Of a DNA stretch of 64,000 nucleotides, positions 20,804-30,294 are shown one piece after another. Positions within the stretch are counted from its first letter, which is position 1, and each line of letters opens with the position of its first letter. The stretch spans positions 84,034 through 148,033 of the forward strand of contig DATIII010000002.1 of NCBI GenBank assembly GCA_035479795.1, read 5' to 3'. The DNA is from Candidatus Saccharimonadales bacterium (GTDB lineage Bacteria; Patescibacteriota; Saccharimonadia; UBA4664; SCTI01). Position numbers and translations under genes: made by a program. A model generated the notes under the pieces. It was not told where the DNA came from and did not search any database. It worked only from the letters and a program-made list of their open reading frames with translations.

Positions 20804-21927
20804 GACCTAGGCGCTTCTTCCAGCGCGACATCGACTGATTTAGACTGTCCGTCCCGCAGGTACTCAATCTTCACTTTGTCCCCTACCTTATGCTGGGAAA
20901 TTAGCAGGCTCAAACTGTGGGTGGCGTCCAGAGTTTGGCCACCAATCTTAGTGATAATGTCGCCTTCTTTAAGACCAGACTTGGCCGCCGGGCTACCCGG
21001 CACGACTGCCAGATTCTGGTTGTCGCCCGTAATATAACCACCTTGGGTAACCGGCAAGTTATTAGAGGCGGCAAATTCTTTGGTAATCGGAATGTAACGC
21101 ACGCCCAAATATGGCTTGGTGATCTTACCGGCTTTTTGCACCTGGGCCAGCTCAATTTTTGCCTGATTAATTGGTATAGCAAAGCCAATGTTTTGGGCGT
21201 CACCAGCCACGGCCGTATTGATACCAATTACCTTGCCCTCAAGGTTCACCAACGGCCCCCCAGAGTTACCGGGATTAATCGCCGCATCGGTCTGGAAAAG
21301 ATTCTGTAACTGTTCCTCACTGCCCCCCGTTTGGTCCCCAGCCGTGACTGGCCGGCCAAGGCCGGAAATGATGCCTTCGGTGACAGTATTCTGAAACTGA
21401 CCCAAGGCATTACCGATTGCCACCACCTTATTGCCCACCGCCACACTCGATGAATCGCCCAGCTCAGCTGCCTTGAGGCCGTGAGCATCAACTTTGATGA
21501 ATGCCAGATCGTTCTGCGCGTCGGTGGCAATCACCTTGGCGTTTTTATACCGTTTACCATCCGAAGTATAGACATCGAGCTCACTGGCGCCGTCGATCAC
21601 GTGATTATTGGTTAAAATCAAGCCGTCGCTGCCCACTATTATGCCGGTTCCAGCACCCTTGGTAGTTTGCGACTGGCCAAAGAAAGAAAACCCAGTCGAC
21701 TGCGAGGTGATGGAAACCACACTGGGTGAAACCTTTTTGGCTACATCGACTGCTGCTGAGTTTTCCTGCAGCACGATGGCTTGCTTACTGACCGGAATTA
21801 AAGCCGGTAAATAACGCACTACCACATAACTACCGGCTGCCCCACCGAGTAAACCGACCACCAAGGTTAAAGTCACAATCCGTCTAACGAGATTATATGG
21901 CAATTGATTGTGTTCTTCGTGTTCCAT
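20800..21927 (-). CDS. HtrA/DegP family serine protease with PDZ domain
   Basis: TNNHV, TDAAINPGNSGGPL, PDZ and an N-terminal TM. SD AGGAG before ATG 21927. Confidence 0.94.
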   Translation of the reverse strand: MEHEEHNQLPYNLVRRIVTLTLVVGLLGGAAGSYVVVRYLPALIPVSKQAIVLQENSAAVDVAKKVSPSVVSITSQSTGFSFFGQSQTTKGAGTGIIVGSDGLILTNNHVIDGASELDVYTSDGKRYKNAKVIATDAQNDLAFIKVDAHGLKAAELGDSSSVAVGNKVVAIGNALGQFQNTVTEGIISGLGRPVTAGDQTGGSEEQLQNLFQTDAAINPGNSGGPLVNLEGKVIGINTAVAGDAQNIGFAIPINQAKIELAQVQKAGKITKPYLGVRYIPITKEFAASNNLPVTQGGYITGDNQNLAVVPGSPAAKSGLKEGDIITKIGGQTLDATHSLSLLISQHKVGDKVKIEYLRDGQSKSVDVALEEAPRS

Positions 21928-21935
21928 AATTCTCC

Positions 21936-22697
21936 TTATAAACTCCCATTCCAATGGGTACCGGCCACCACGATAGCTAATAACACCCCGGCAATGGCCA
22001 CATATTCGATCAACCGGCGTCGACTCAAGGCCCGGGTGGCATGAGCATGATGTACGCTACCAAAAACGTACCCTAATCCCAAAACTATGATAACCGCCTG
22101 CGGCACAATAATGTAGCCGTCACTAATAATGTAATTAACCTGCCAAATGGCTAAAATCCAGGTAATTTGAGAGACAATTAAAGCCCAGGTAGCGGCCAGT
22201 AGCCCGGCTGCTCGTTCGCCAGTGCCCTTGAGGTACCATAGAGCAGTAATGTAAGATGCCAGCCAAGCCACCGAGACTACAGCCACGTCTGGCAGATGCC
22301 AAAAAGCCGCCCACAAATAAACCGCAGTTAGACTTAGGGCCTGGAGTACCACCGCGCCGAGCACATGCACGGTTTCGGCCCGCCGCAGACGGTCCAACCA
22401 GCCCAGCGTCAGAGCGTAAATAACGGCCAGACCGATTTGAGTTAGCGGTGGCAAGATGGGGGTGCCAAGGGGTGGGCGGTTGAGCCCTATTAGTAGTGAT
22501 ACACTAACCCCTAAGACAATGGCTGGCGCTAAAGCCAAGGCCGTTTCCCGTCCGCGGCCTCCCCGCCACCATAGAAAAATAGCGGGTAAACAAATCAGGC
22601 CTATCGCAACCCAAACAAAGTTGTAGTGACTTAGAAACAGCACGGTTGCGGCTAGTGCTGCTCGCGCCAATCCAGTTAAAAACGCTCTCGGGTTCAT
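21936..22697 (-). CDS. Multi-pass membrane hypothetical protein
   Basis: 253 aa with many hydrophobic helices. Coupled to the LCP gene by an ATGA overlap. Confidence 0.8.
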   Translation of the reverse strand: MNPRAFLTGLARAALAATVLFLSHYNFVWVAIGLICLPAIFLWWRGGRGRETALALAPAIVLGVSVSLLIGLNRPPLGTPILPPLTQIGLAVIYALTLGWLDRLRRAETVHVLGAVVLQALSLTAVYLWAAFWHLPDVAVVSVAWLASYITALWYLKGTGERAAGLLAATWALIVSQITWILAIWQVNYIISDGYIIVPQAVIIVLGLGYVFGSVHHAHATRALSRRRLIEYVAIAGVLLAIVVAGTHWNGSL

Positions 22698-24202
22698 GGC
22701 GTGGTGGGAATCGGCAACTTATAGTTTGCCCCAATTATCACCACAATGTCGGGAATCTGAGTTTCACCGGCGCTTAATGTCGTTGGCTTGACTGCCTTCC
22801 CGGCTTTAATGCCAAACCGCTTCTCCAGATACTGCAAGGTATAAGGCTTTTTGCCACCGCTGTAATCAATAATGGTGCTCGCCTGGTGATCGTTGGTTGG
22901 CGCCGACAGCGTGGCCACCACATTGTAGCTGTAGGCTTGTAACTGCTTGGTGACGGCCGCTGCCATGCCTACTTTGGTGGTGCCATTTTGAATCTCAATG
23001 GCCGCTGCCTCCTGCTTTAGATACCCGTCTACAAAGATAGTATGAGCCAAAGCTTGGATTTCGCTGTAGTTAAAGGCCCCAGCTCGTGGAATCTCAATCG
23101 AACCCGCTCCAGGGAACTGGCTACTGCCGTCAACCAGCAAACCAGCAGGTGTCATGTCCAGCACTTTTTGTTGGGTTTTGGACGTATCGAGATCTTTGAC
23201 AATCACCGCCAGCTTTTCCAGCTCCTTGAGCTGTAAATCGGTTTTAGCATGGCTGCCCACACTATCGATCAAACCACCGATTTTAACCGGGTTCGTCAGA
23301 GTCGAGGCTTCCAGCGCTTTTTGCCGCAGTGCCACTAGCAACTGCTGCTGCCTGGCTGCCCGGCCAAAGTCATTACCGCATAGCCCATGTCGACACCTGG
23401 CAAACTTTAGCGCTAACTTGCCATCCATGTGGTACTGGCCAACCGGCAAGGAAAACGGACAAAAGCCCCGGTCATTATCGCAAGGATAGGCTGAGTCGTA
23501 GAGTTTCTCCTTATTGTTAATATCAACTCCCCCGACAGCATCGACAGCCTGCTTAAACCCGGAGAAGTCAGCTTGAACATAATAATGAATCGGTAGATCG
23601 AGAATTTTCGAAACCACCTGCTTGGCCAAATCCGGCCCACCATAGGCATTGGCGGCGTTGATTTTGCTGTAGCCATAGCCGGGGATCCGCACATACATGT
23701 CCCGTGGGATAGAAAGCATGGCTATGGTTTTTGCCTTGGGGTCAATACTAGCCACCATTATCGTATCGCTAAGGTTGCCGCCATCATGACCAGATCCGCC
23801 CGTTCCAAGCAGCAGGATATTAATGCGCCCATCACCTTCGCCCTTAAGTTTGGTTGGGTCGACCGGGCCACTCAGGGCCGGAGCCGCGCGCTCAGATGAT
23901 TTTTGAATAACCCGCTTAGTGGCCAACACCGCCTTAACCCCCACGAAGGCGAAGACACAAACCACCGACAGCGAAGTAGCAGCAAGAAGACGTTTTTTAG
24001 TAAAGGCGGCTCGGAATTTTGACTTCGGCCTGGACGTCTGGGCGGGTAACACCACCCCACCTCCGGCCTCTTGATCGACCACCGGAGGAATTGCCGGATT
24101 AACCGGTATATCGGCTGGCCCTCCCGACTTAAAAGACTCCGGCCGCCTGACTTGGCGGACCGGACCATCCAGTCGTTTGACCTGGCGTTTAGCTTCACCC
24201 AT
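22694..24202 (-). CDS. LCP (LytR-CpsA-Psr) family protein with LytR_C domain
   Basis: RINILLLG, SDTIMV, SIPRD, KINAA, DFGRAARQQ, IQNGT. Start moved to ATG 24202, with TATACT 8 nt upstream. Confidence 0.92.
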   Translation of the reverse strand: MGEAKRQVKRLDGPVRQVRRPESFKSGGPADIPVNPAIPPVVDQEAGGGVVLPAQTSRPKSKFRAAFTKKRLLAATSLSVVCVFAFVGVKAVLATKRVIQKSSERAAPALSGPVDPTKLKGEGDGRINILLLGTGGSGHDGGNLSDTIMVASIDPKAKTIAMLSIPRDMYVRIPGYGYSKINAANAYGGPDLAKQVVSKILDLPIHYYVQADFSGFKQAVDAVGGVDINNKEKLYDSAYPCDNDRGFCPFSLPVGQYHMDGKLALKFARCRHGLCGNDFGRAARQQQLLVALRQKALEASTLTNPVKIGGLIDSVGSHAKTDLQLKELEKLAVIVKDLDTSKTQQKVLDMTPAGLLVDGSSQFPGAGSIEIPRAGAFNYSEIQALAHTIFVDGYLKQEAAAIEIQNGTTKVGMAAAVTKQLQAYSYNVVATLSAPTNDHQASTIIDYSGGKKPYTLQYLEKRFGIKAGKAVKPTTLSAGETQIPDIVVIIGANYKLPIPTTP

Positions 24203-24274
24203 TGACCTTAAGTATAACCATTTTCCAGGTGGGCGTAAAGGTTGCGGCGCTCCCTTTCGGCCTCTATACTTGAT

Positions 24275-24943
24275 ATGATGAATCCTGAAAAACCAGATAT
24301 GGCAACAGTGGACCCTGCCCCAAATCCACCTGTGACACCCGCAACCACACCCGCCGAAGCTAACACTCTGCCGGCTGGCCGCCAAAGTGCCCTCCGTATT
24401 TTTTCGGGTTGGCTGTTTAGCTGGTTTATCCTGCCAATCGCTCTGGTACTCTTCCTGCACCTATTCGTATTCCAGGCCTTCCATGTGGTTGGCAGTAGTA
24501 TGGTCAACACCCTACATGACCAAGACTACTTAATTATTTCTAAGGTTGATCATACCGTGGCCAACTTGCAGGGTAAGGATTATATTCCGGCACGGCAATC
24601 GATCATCGTCTTCCACTACCCAAAGCAACCGGACCTAATATTTGTAAAGCGGGTTATCGGGCTCCCCGGCGAGCGGGTGGTTGTCCGCGACGGCCAAGTC
24701 CGGGTCTACAACCCCAGTCACCCTGAGGGCTTTGACCCCAACACTGGCTATGAACCAGACGGCACGCAAACCTTAATTGATACCGATGTCACCGTACCGA
24801 ATCACACCTTGTTTGTATTGGGAGACAACCGTACACCTGGCGGCTCCAGCGATTCACGTGATTGGGGCTTTTTGCCCGCCGACAACATCATTGGTAATGC
24901 CGTCCTGCGGCTCTTTCCCTTCGATCAAATTCGCGGGCTCTAA
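24275..24943 (+). CDS. lepB: Signal peptidase I
   Basis: GSSMVNTL, FVKRVIGLPGE, GDNR, SDSRDWG. Confidence 0.95.
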   Translation: MMNPEKPDMATVDPAPNPPVTPATTPAEANTLPAGRQSALRIFSGWLFSWFILPIALVLFLHLFVFQAFHVVGSSMVNTLHDQDYLIISKVDHTVANLQGKDYIPARQSIIVFHYPKQPDLIFVKRVIGLPGERVVVRDGQVRVYNPSHPEGFDPNTGYEPDGTQTLIDTDVTVPNHTLFVLGDNRTPGGSSDSRDWGFLPADNIIGNAVLRLFPFDQIRGL

Positions 24944-24946
24944 CTC

Positions 24947-25816
24947 CTAATTTGGATTAATTGTTTCGATAATCCGCTGGAGCTCAGTGTCGCTATCGTA
25001 GGCAATGACCAACTTGCCGCCCTTGGCTCCCGGCTGCATGGTCACCTTGGTGCCGAGATAGCTTTCCAGAGCTTTGGTGAGATCATTACTGCCGGCAATT
25101 CGCTTTAAACCATGCTCCTTCGAACCAGCTGGAGCCTTAAAGGCACGCGTAAATTCTTCGGCCTGGCGCACCGTCCATTGATTCTTGATAATTAGGTCTA
25201 AAAGCTCGGTCCGTTTGGCTTCATCGTTGACGCTCAAAATGGCTCGGGCATGACCTTCGGAAATCTGGCCACCAGCCACAGCTTGGCGGGCCGGCTCGGA
25301 TAGGCTCAGCAGGCGCATGACATTAGAAACCGTCGACCGAGCCTGCCCCGCTCGCTGAGCGACTTGATCAACGGTCAGGTTAAACTCGTCTACCAACTTG
25401 CGATAGGCCATAGCCGTCTCGATGGGATTAAGGTCCGACCTTTGGACGTTTTCAATCAAGGCTAACTCTAATTTTTGCTGCTCATCAAAGCTGCGAATAA
25501 TCACCGGGACGGTTTTCAGCCCGGCCAATTTGGAAGCTCGCAGACGACGCTCCCCGGCAATTAACTCATATTTGTCACCTTGCTTACTGACAACCAGTGG
25601 TTGCAGCACACCATGAGTCTTGATCGAGGCTGCCAGGTCTCCCAACTCAGCTTCATTAAAGGTTTGCCGGGGTTGGTGCGGGTTGGGCATCACCGTAGAG
25701 GGATCTATCTGGTGAACGGCGTCGCCAGTCGAGGCCAAAACCGCGGCTTGAACATCACCGACATCAGTGGGAATCAGGGCATCAAAACCTCGGCCAAGTC
25801 CGCGATTCTTAGCCAT
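24947..25816 (-). CDS. parB: Chromosome partitioning protein ParB
   Basis: GLGRGFDALI, NPHQPR, IAGERRLRA, ENVQRSDLNPIE. Confidence 0.96.
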   Translation of the reverse strand: MAKNRGLGRGFDALIPTDVGDVQAAVLASTGDAVHQIDPSTVMPNPHQPRQTFNEAELGDLAASIKTHGVLQPLVVSKQGDKYELIAGERRLRASKLAGLKTVPVIIRSFDEQQKLELALIENVQRSDLNPIETAMAYRKLVDEFNLTVDQVAQRAGQARSTVSNVMRLLSLSEPARQAVAGGQISEGHARAILSVNDEAKRTELLDLIIKNQWTVRQAEEFTRAFKAPAGSKEHGLKRIAGSNDLTKALESYLGTKVTMQPGAKGGKLVIAYDSDTELQRIIETINPN

Positions 25817-26589
25817 CAGACCGTCACCTTTGCGCTAACTCGCTTATCAACTTCCTTCGCCAGCGCGTTATAACTCCGTGCGCCCTTGCTCCAACGGTCG
25901 TAGTGGGTAATTGGTTGGCCAAAGCTAGGCGCTTCCGCTAGGCGGACATTGCGCGGAATAATGGTGTCAAACACTTTATCGGGAAAATGCCGCTTAACTT
26001 CGTCGTGAACCTGAGCGCTTAAGGTCGTGCGACCATTATGCATCGTCAATACCACACCCAAGAGATCAAGCCCTGGGTTCAAACCCTGCCTAACCCGCTG
26101 GACTGTTTGGAGCAACTGACCGAGACCCTCCAGGGCGTAAAATTCGGCCTGAACGGGAATAATCAAACTATTGGCCGCCACCAACCCGTTTAGCGTCAGG
26201 AGGCCAAGCGAAGGTGGGCAGTCAATCAAAATGTAATCATATGGCAAGTCGGCCAGCGACTCCTTCAGCCGAAACTCCCGCTTGTCGTCGCCAACCAGCT
26301 CGACCTCGGCGGCTGCCAGCACGGGCGCGGCCGGCAGCACCACCACATTGCTATATTTGGTTCGCAGGGCCGACTGGTGAGCGTGGCTGCGGTCCATTAA
26401 GACATTGTAGAGCGATGTCTGAAGAGCGGTTTTATCAATGCCAAAACCGCTGGTGGTATTACCCTGGGGGTCCAAGTCGACAACCAGCACCTTTTTACGA
26501 CTCTTTGCCAAAAAGGCAGCCAGGTTTATGGCAGTGGTGGTTTTACCAACTCCCCCTTTTTGATTTGCAATTGCAATTACGTGCGCCAT
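25816..26589 (-). CDS. parA: ParA/Soj ATPase
   Basis: NQKGGVGKTT, DCPPSLG, PRNVRLAEAPS. Confidence 0.96.
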   Translation of the reverse strand: MAHVIAIANQKGGVGKTTTAINLAAFLAKSRKKVLVVDLDPQGNTTSGFGIDKTALQTSLYNVLMDRSHAHQSALRTKYSNVVVLPAAPVLAAAEVELVGDDKREFRLKESLADLPYDYILIDCPPSLGLLTLNGLVAANSLIIPVQAEFYALEGLGQLLQTVQRVRQGLNPGLDLLGVVLTMHNGRTTLSAQVHDEVKRHFPDKVFDTIIPRNVRLAEAPSFGQPITHYDRWSKGARSYNALAKEVDKRVSAKVTV

Positions 26590-26638
26590 TAAACCTCTTT
26601 CTTGGTTATTTTAGCATCAAAAGAGGTTATGGTTCCAG

Positions 26639-27412
26639 TTAGAGTGCCACTGGCTCGGCGATCACCACGACTCGCTTGGTTTGAGCCTTGTCACTGCATG
26701 TGTAGATGGTGATATGGGGCTTAGTGGAATCGGATTTCAGAATGGAAGTCTCGGTACTAACCACCGTCTTTACCTGTGAAATCGTGTAAATTAGACGTTT
26801 GCCGCGCCAATCCACCACCACGGTGTCGCCATTTGAAAGTTTGTCGAGATTGTAAAGTGTGGAAGTATTGGGTGGTAAGAAGCGCCAGCGATGGCCAGCC
26901 AGTACAAAGTTACCATCAGCCATATTGCCAGTTTGGTGCCACACCCCCTCTTCTTTATCGAGAATCTTCAGGCTCGGGCCCTCTAAAATCGCCGTACTTA
27001 CGCCAATTTTGGGAATAATTAGTCGGTTGCCCGCGATATTGGCCTTGGGGTTATTGGCGCCAACCGGCTGAGACTGTAGGACATCGCCAGCCCGCGCCTG
27101 GTAGTCAGTTTTATGTAGCTGGTAGTCCAACTCGGGCAGCCAAGGGTAGACAAACAGTATGGCCGATACGGCGAACATTAGGGCAAAACCGATTGACAGT
27201 AAGGAGCGCCACCGCGACAACCGACTGCGACCATTAATCACCTTAAAATAAGTGCTACCGCCAGAAGTCGCCGCATTGATCGGGCTGCGTCTGCAGATAC
27301 CCCGGCGCGTGTCGCAGCGGTAAATGTAGCGTTCATCAGCCCAATGTTTATCAGGATTAAACTTAGAGGGCTTGGTGATTTGCCGGCCCAGTTCGGGCTT
27401 AGCGGAGCGCAC
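26639..27412 (-). CDS. Sortase
   Basis: TM anchor, then LIIPKIG, LAGHR (His), TIYTC (Cys) and KRVVV (Arg). Exact start uncertain. Confidence 0.9.
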   Translation of the reverse strand: MRSAKPELGRQITKPSKFNPDKHWADERYIYRCDTRRGICRRSPINAATSGGSTYFKVINGRSRLSRWRSLLSIGFALMFAVSAILFVYPWLPELDYQLHKTDYQARAGDVLQSQPVGANNPKANIAGNRLIIPKIGVSTAILEGPSLKILDKEEGVWHQTGNMADGNFVLAGHRWRFLPPNTSTLYNLDKLSNGDTVVVDWRGKRLIYTISQVKTVVSTETSILKSDSTKPHITIYTCSDKAQTKRVVVIAEPVAL

Positions 27413-28718
27413 CCTGACGCCTCGTCAGGATAAAACCGATGGTTGCCACCAGCATCATGCAGAGAGCAAGGACTGAGTGCGGCCAGTCTCCAGTCGGCGC
27501 TAGCTTTTTCGCCGTGGAATCGGTGGATGTTGACGGGGTCGGTGTCGAACTCACAGCAGCGGCGGGGTTCATCGTCAAGGTTAACGCGAGGGTTGGACTG
27601 GCATTACCGGCGGCGTCAGTAGCAACGATCGAAAGATTATGTTGGCCATTAGGAATGTCTTGATCCGGAGTGGCGGACCATGCACCGGTGGCGTCAACCG
27701 TAGCCGTAAGCTTGATATTCTCCGGCGAAACCATAATTGCTACCTTTGAACCCGCTTCGGCCTTACCGCTGAAGACCGGCCGATTAGCACCGCTAATGCT
27801 GGCTGTACTTCCTGAAACTTTATTATCTCCCACCTTTCCAACCGTTGGGGCGGAAGGAGCCAAGCTATCCACACTAAAGGCGGCGGCTTTATCGTCGCCA
27901 ACCGTTAGCCAATCGCCAGCTTTATCACCCTTGGTGACGCGAATCTGCCAGTGATAGCTCCCATCGACAATACCGGCCTGGGTGACTGACACATCCAAAT
28001 CGTGGCCGCCGGCCTTCACTGCGGCTCCCTTGGTAGTGGCCTCCCCGGTAAATGCTTGGCCCATCGGCCGGACTTCGATTTCCGGTACGACTGCGCCGGT
28101 GTTGGCTGATGTCGCCAGAGTGGCATGGAATGATAGGTCATGATCTTTGGCAGCGCCCCCTAGACTAATCTCGCCACTCGAAGCTACCAAGCGGGGATCT
28201 TTCAGAGTGCCAACTTCAATTTCCTTGGGGATAGGGCTCTCGGGCGACTGGGCTGATTGATCGCTATTGCGCTGAGTGAAATACCACCAAGCGCCACCAC
28301 CGAGCAAAAGTACAATTATGGCGGCCAGGATAATCCAGCGACCATTGCCTCCTCTTTTTGGTGGCACAATGGGAACCTCAGGAGCGGGCTTTGGCTCGGG
28401 AGTGACAGAAGAGCCGTTTTTCTCGGGATCATGGTCCTTGTCATCCTTCACACTGCCCGAATCCGCTAAGACCGTCGGTCCGGCGGCGGGAGCTGGACCG
28501 GCCCCAGCGGGCTCGGCCGGCTGGGGCGCTGGTGCAGCCGCAGCCGTGGTCTTGGCGACGGATACATAATCGGAAGCCAGCCGGGGCGAAGCCGCCGGTC
28601 CGGCGGTTATTGAACCGGCACCGTAAGAGCCTCCAACCTTTTGGTTAGAGCCTGAATTATGTAATAAGTCCATCCTGGGATTATTGGTCGGGTTGCTCCC
28701 CGCCGATATTGGATCCAT
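27399..28718 (-). CDS. Surface protein with bacterial Ig-like domain and C-terminal LAPTG sorting signal
   Basis: Pro/Ala-rich N-terminus, internal TM, Ig-like (PVFSGKAEAGS...GAWS...ATDAAGNAS), then LAPTG + hydrophobic helix + RR. Confidence 0.85.
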   Translation of the reverse strand: MDPISAGSNPTNNPRMDLLHNSGSNQKVGGSYGAGSITAGPAASPRLASDYVSVAKTTAAAAPAPQPAEPAGAGPAPAAGPTVLADSGSVKDDKDHDPEKNGSSVTPEPKPAPEVPIVPPKRGGNGRWIILAAIIVLLLGGGAWWYFTQRNSDQSAQSPESPIPKEIEVGTLKDPRLVASSGEISLGGAAKDHDLSFHATLATSANTGAVVPEIEVRPMGQAFTGEATTKGAAVKAGGHDLDVSVTQAGIVDGSYHWQIRVTKGDKAGDWLTVGDDKAAAFSVDSLAPSAPTVGKVGDNKVSGSTASISGANRPVFSGKAEAGSKVAIMVSPENIKLTATVDATGAWSATPDQDIPNGQHNLSIVATDAAGNASPTLALTLTMNPAAAVSSTPTPSTSTDSTAKKLAPTGDWPHSVLALCMMLVATIGFILTRRQGALR

Positions 28719-28782
28719 CCTCACCCTTTTAAGCTGATTACATGATACCTGTAAGCACAAGCGTAATGCAAGTTCAGACATC

Positions 28783-28806
28783 AAAAAACTCCGCTGCTGA
28801 GCGGAG
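28783..28806 (-). terminator. Intrinsic terminator after rplU
   Basis: CTCCGCT/AGCGGAG stem followed by T6 on the minus strand. Confidence 0.75.
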
Positions 28807-29127
28807 TTACTTTTTGGCAGTGGCGGAGCCGATGCCGGTGATTTTTATATTACTGAATTTCTGACGATGGCCGGTTTTGCGACTGATGCGCTTCTTGGCT
28901 TTGTACTTCAAAATTTTTAGCTTGTCGCCCTTAACTTCCTCGACTACCTCAGCTTTAACCACAACCCCGGAGACAATCGGCGCGCCAACCTGAACTTTAT
29001 CGCCCTCAATTACCATCAACGGCTCAAACTCCAGCTTTTTGGCATCAGAATCGACCAGATCGATATTAAGAGTCTGGCCTTCCTTGACGATATATTGCTT
29101 GCCCCCGGCTTTGATTACTGCTTGCAT
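28807..29127 (-). CDS. rplU: 50S ribosomal protein L21
   Basis: AVIKAGGKQYIV, GHRQ. Confidence 0.97.
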   Translation of the reverse strand: MQAVIKAGGKQYIVKEGQTLNIDLVDSDAKKLEFEPLMVIEGDKVQVGAPIVSGVVVKAEVVEEVKGDKLKILKYKAKKRISRKTGHRQKFSNIKITGIGSATAKK

Positions 29128-29172
29128 GACCCAAGTATCCTACCCTAATCTGTTGGGTTTGTAAAGGAGTGA

Positions 29173-30282
29173 TTAGGAGCCAAACTGAATTTTGCGACGC
29201 CGCACGGCAATTGATTCCAGCAACCCCACCGCTAGCAGCGAGATTAGCAGGCTGGTACCACCGTAAGAGATAAATGGCAGCGGAATACCGGTAACCGGTA
29301 GGAGCCCAACATTCATACCGATATTAATGAATATATGAAACAGCAGCATTGTAACTATGCCGGCAGCTACTAGCATCCCAAACCGATCTTCGGCGCGGGC
29401 GGCTATCACCACACCACGCAGCAACAACCCTACAAATAAGACAATCACTAACATCGCACCGACAAACCCTAGCTTCTCGGCCAACACGGCAAAAATAAAA
29501 TCAGTGTGTTGAGACGGCAGAAAGTTTAATTGGCTTTGAGAGCCCGCAGCCAGCCCTCGGCCAAATAGCTGTCCGCTGCCAACTGCAATGGTCGATTGCA
29601 CCACATTGTAGCCGGTGTGCAATGGGTCCGCCGTAGGGTTCAAGAACACCGCCAGGCGGGCCCGTTGGTAGGGCTTCAGATGAGGTATGATCACCGGAAT
29701 GGAGGCTACGGCCAACCCAAACAGCGCGGCCAAGTACGAAAACCGCATTTTGGCGACCAAGGCCATGGCGGCCCAGATTATTAATAGCACCATGGCAGTC
29801 CCCAGATCGGGCTGAGCCAAAACCAAGCCGACCGGAATGAGCGTGTAGATTAATGAAACAATCAAGTGGCGGGGGTTATCCAGAAAGTCATAATTGTCAC
29901 TGAAATATTTCCCCAGCACCAAGATAAGCACCAGCTTTGCAAACTCCGAGGGTTGGAATTGAAAGAAGCCAAAGTTGATCCAGCGCGTAGCGCCTAGGGC
30001 GGTTTTACCCAGCACCAGCACCGCCACCAAGCTAATGATCATGCCTAAATAAAGCAGCCAAGTTACCTTCGACCAGCCACGATAATCCATGCGGGCTATC
30101 AGCACCATGGCCACTACGCTGATGCCGGCAAAAATCAACTGATGAGCCGCATCCACCGGCGTTATTTGATCAACCGCCTTAAACGATGTCGAATATATGA
30201 CAATCAACCCAATGACGGTTAACAGTCCGGCTAGGCCAAATAATATCCAGTCAAAATTCCGCCAAAACCTCGAGGCAAACAT
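29173..30282 (-). CDS. rodA: SEDS family peptidoglycan polymerase RodA
   Basis: GATRWI, QPSEFAK, QPDLGT, HTDFIF, PLPFISYGG. Confidence 0.93.
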   Translation of the reverse strand: MFASRFWRNFDWILFGLAGLLTVIGLIVIYSTSFKAVDQITPVDAAHQLIFAGISVVAMVLIARMDYRGWSKVTWLLYLGMIISLVAVLVLGKTALGATRWINFGFFQFQPSEFAKLVLILVLGKYFSDNYDFLDNPRHLIVSLIYTLIPVGLVLAQPDLGTAMVLLIIWAAMALVAKMRFSYLAALFGLAVASIPVIIPHLKPYQRARLAVFLNPTADPLHTGYNVVQSTIAVGSGQLFGRGLAAGSQSQLNFLPSQHTDFIFAVLAEKLGFVGAMLVIVLFVGLLLRGVVIAARAEDRFGMLVAAGIVTMLLFHIFINIGMNVGLLPVTGIPLPFISYGGTSLLISLLAVGLLESIAVRRRKIQFGS

Positions 30283-30294
30283 GCAGCTATTGTA

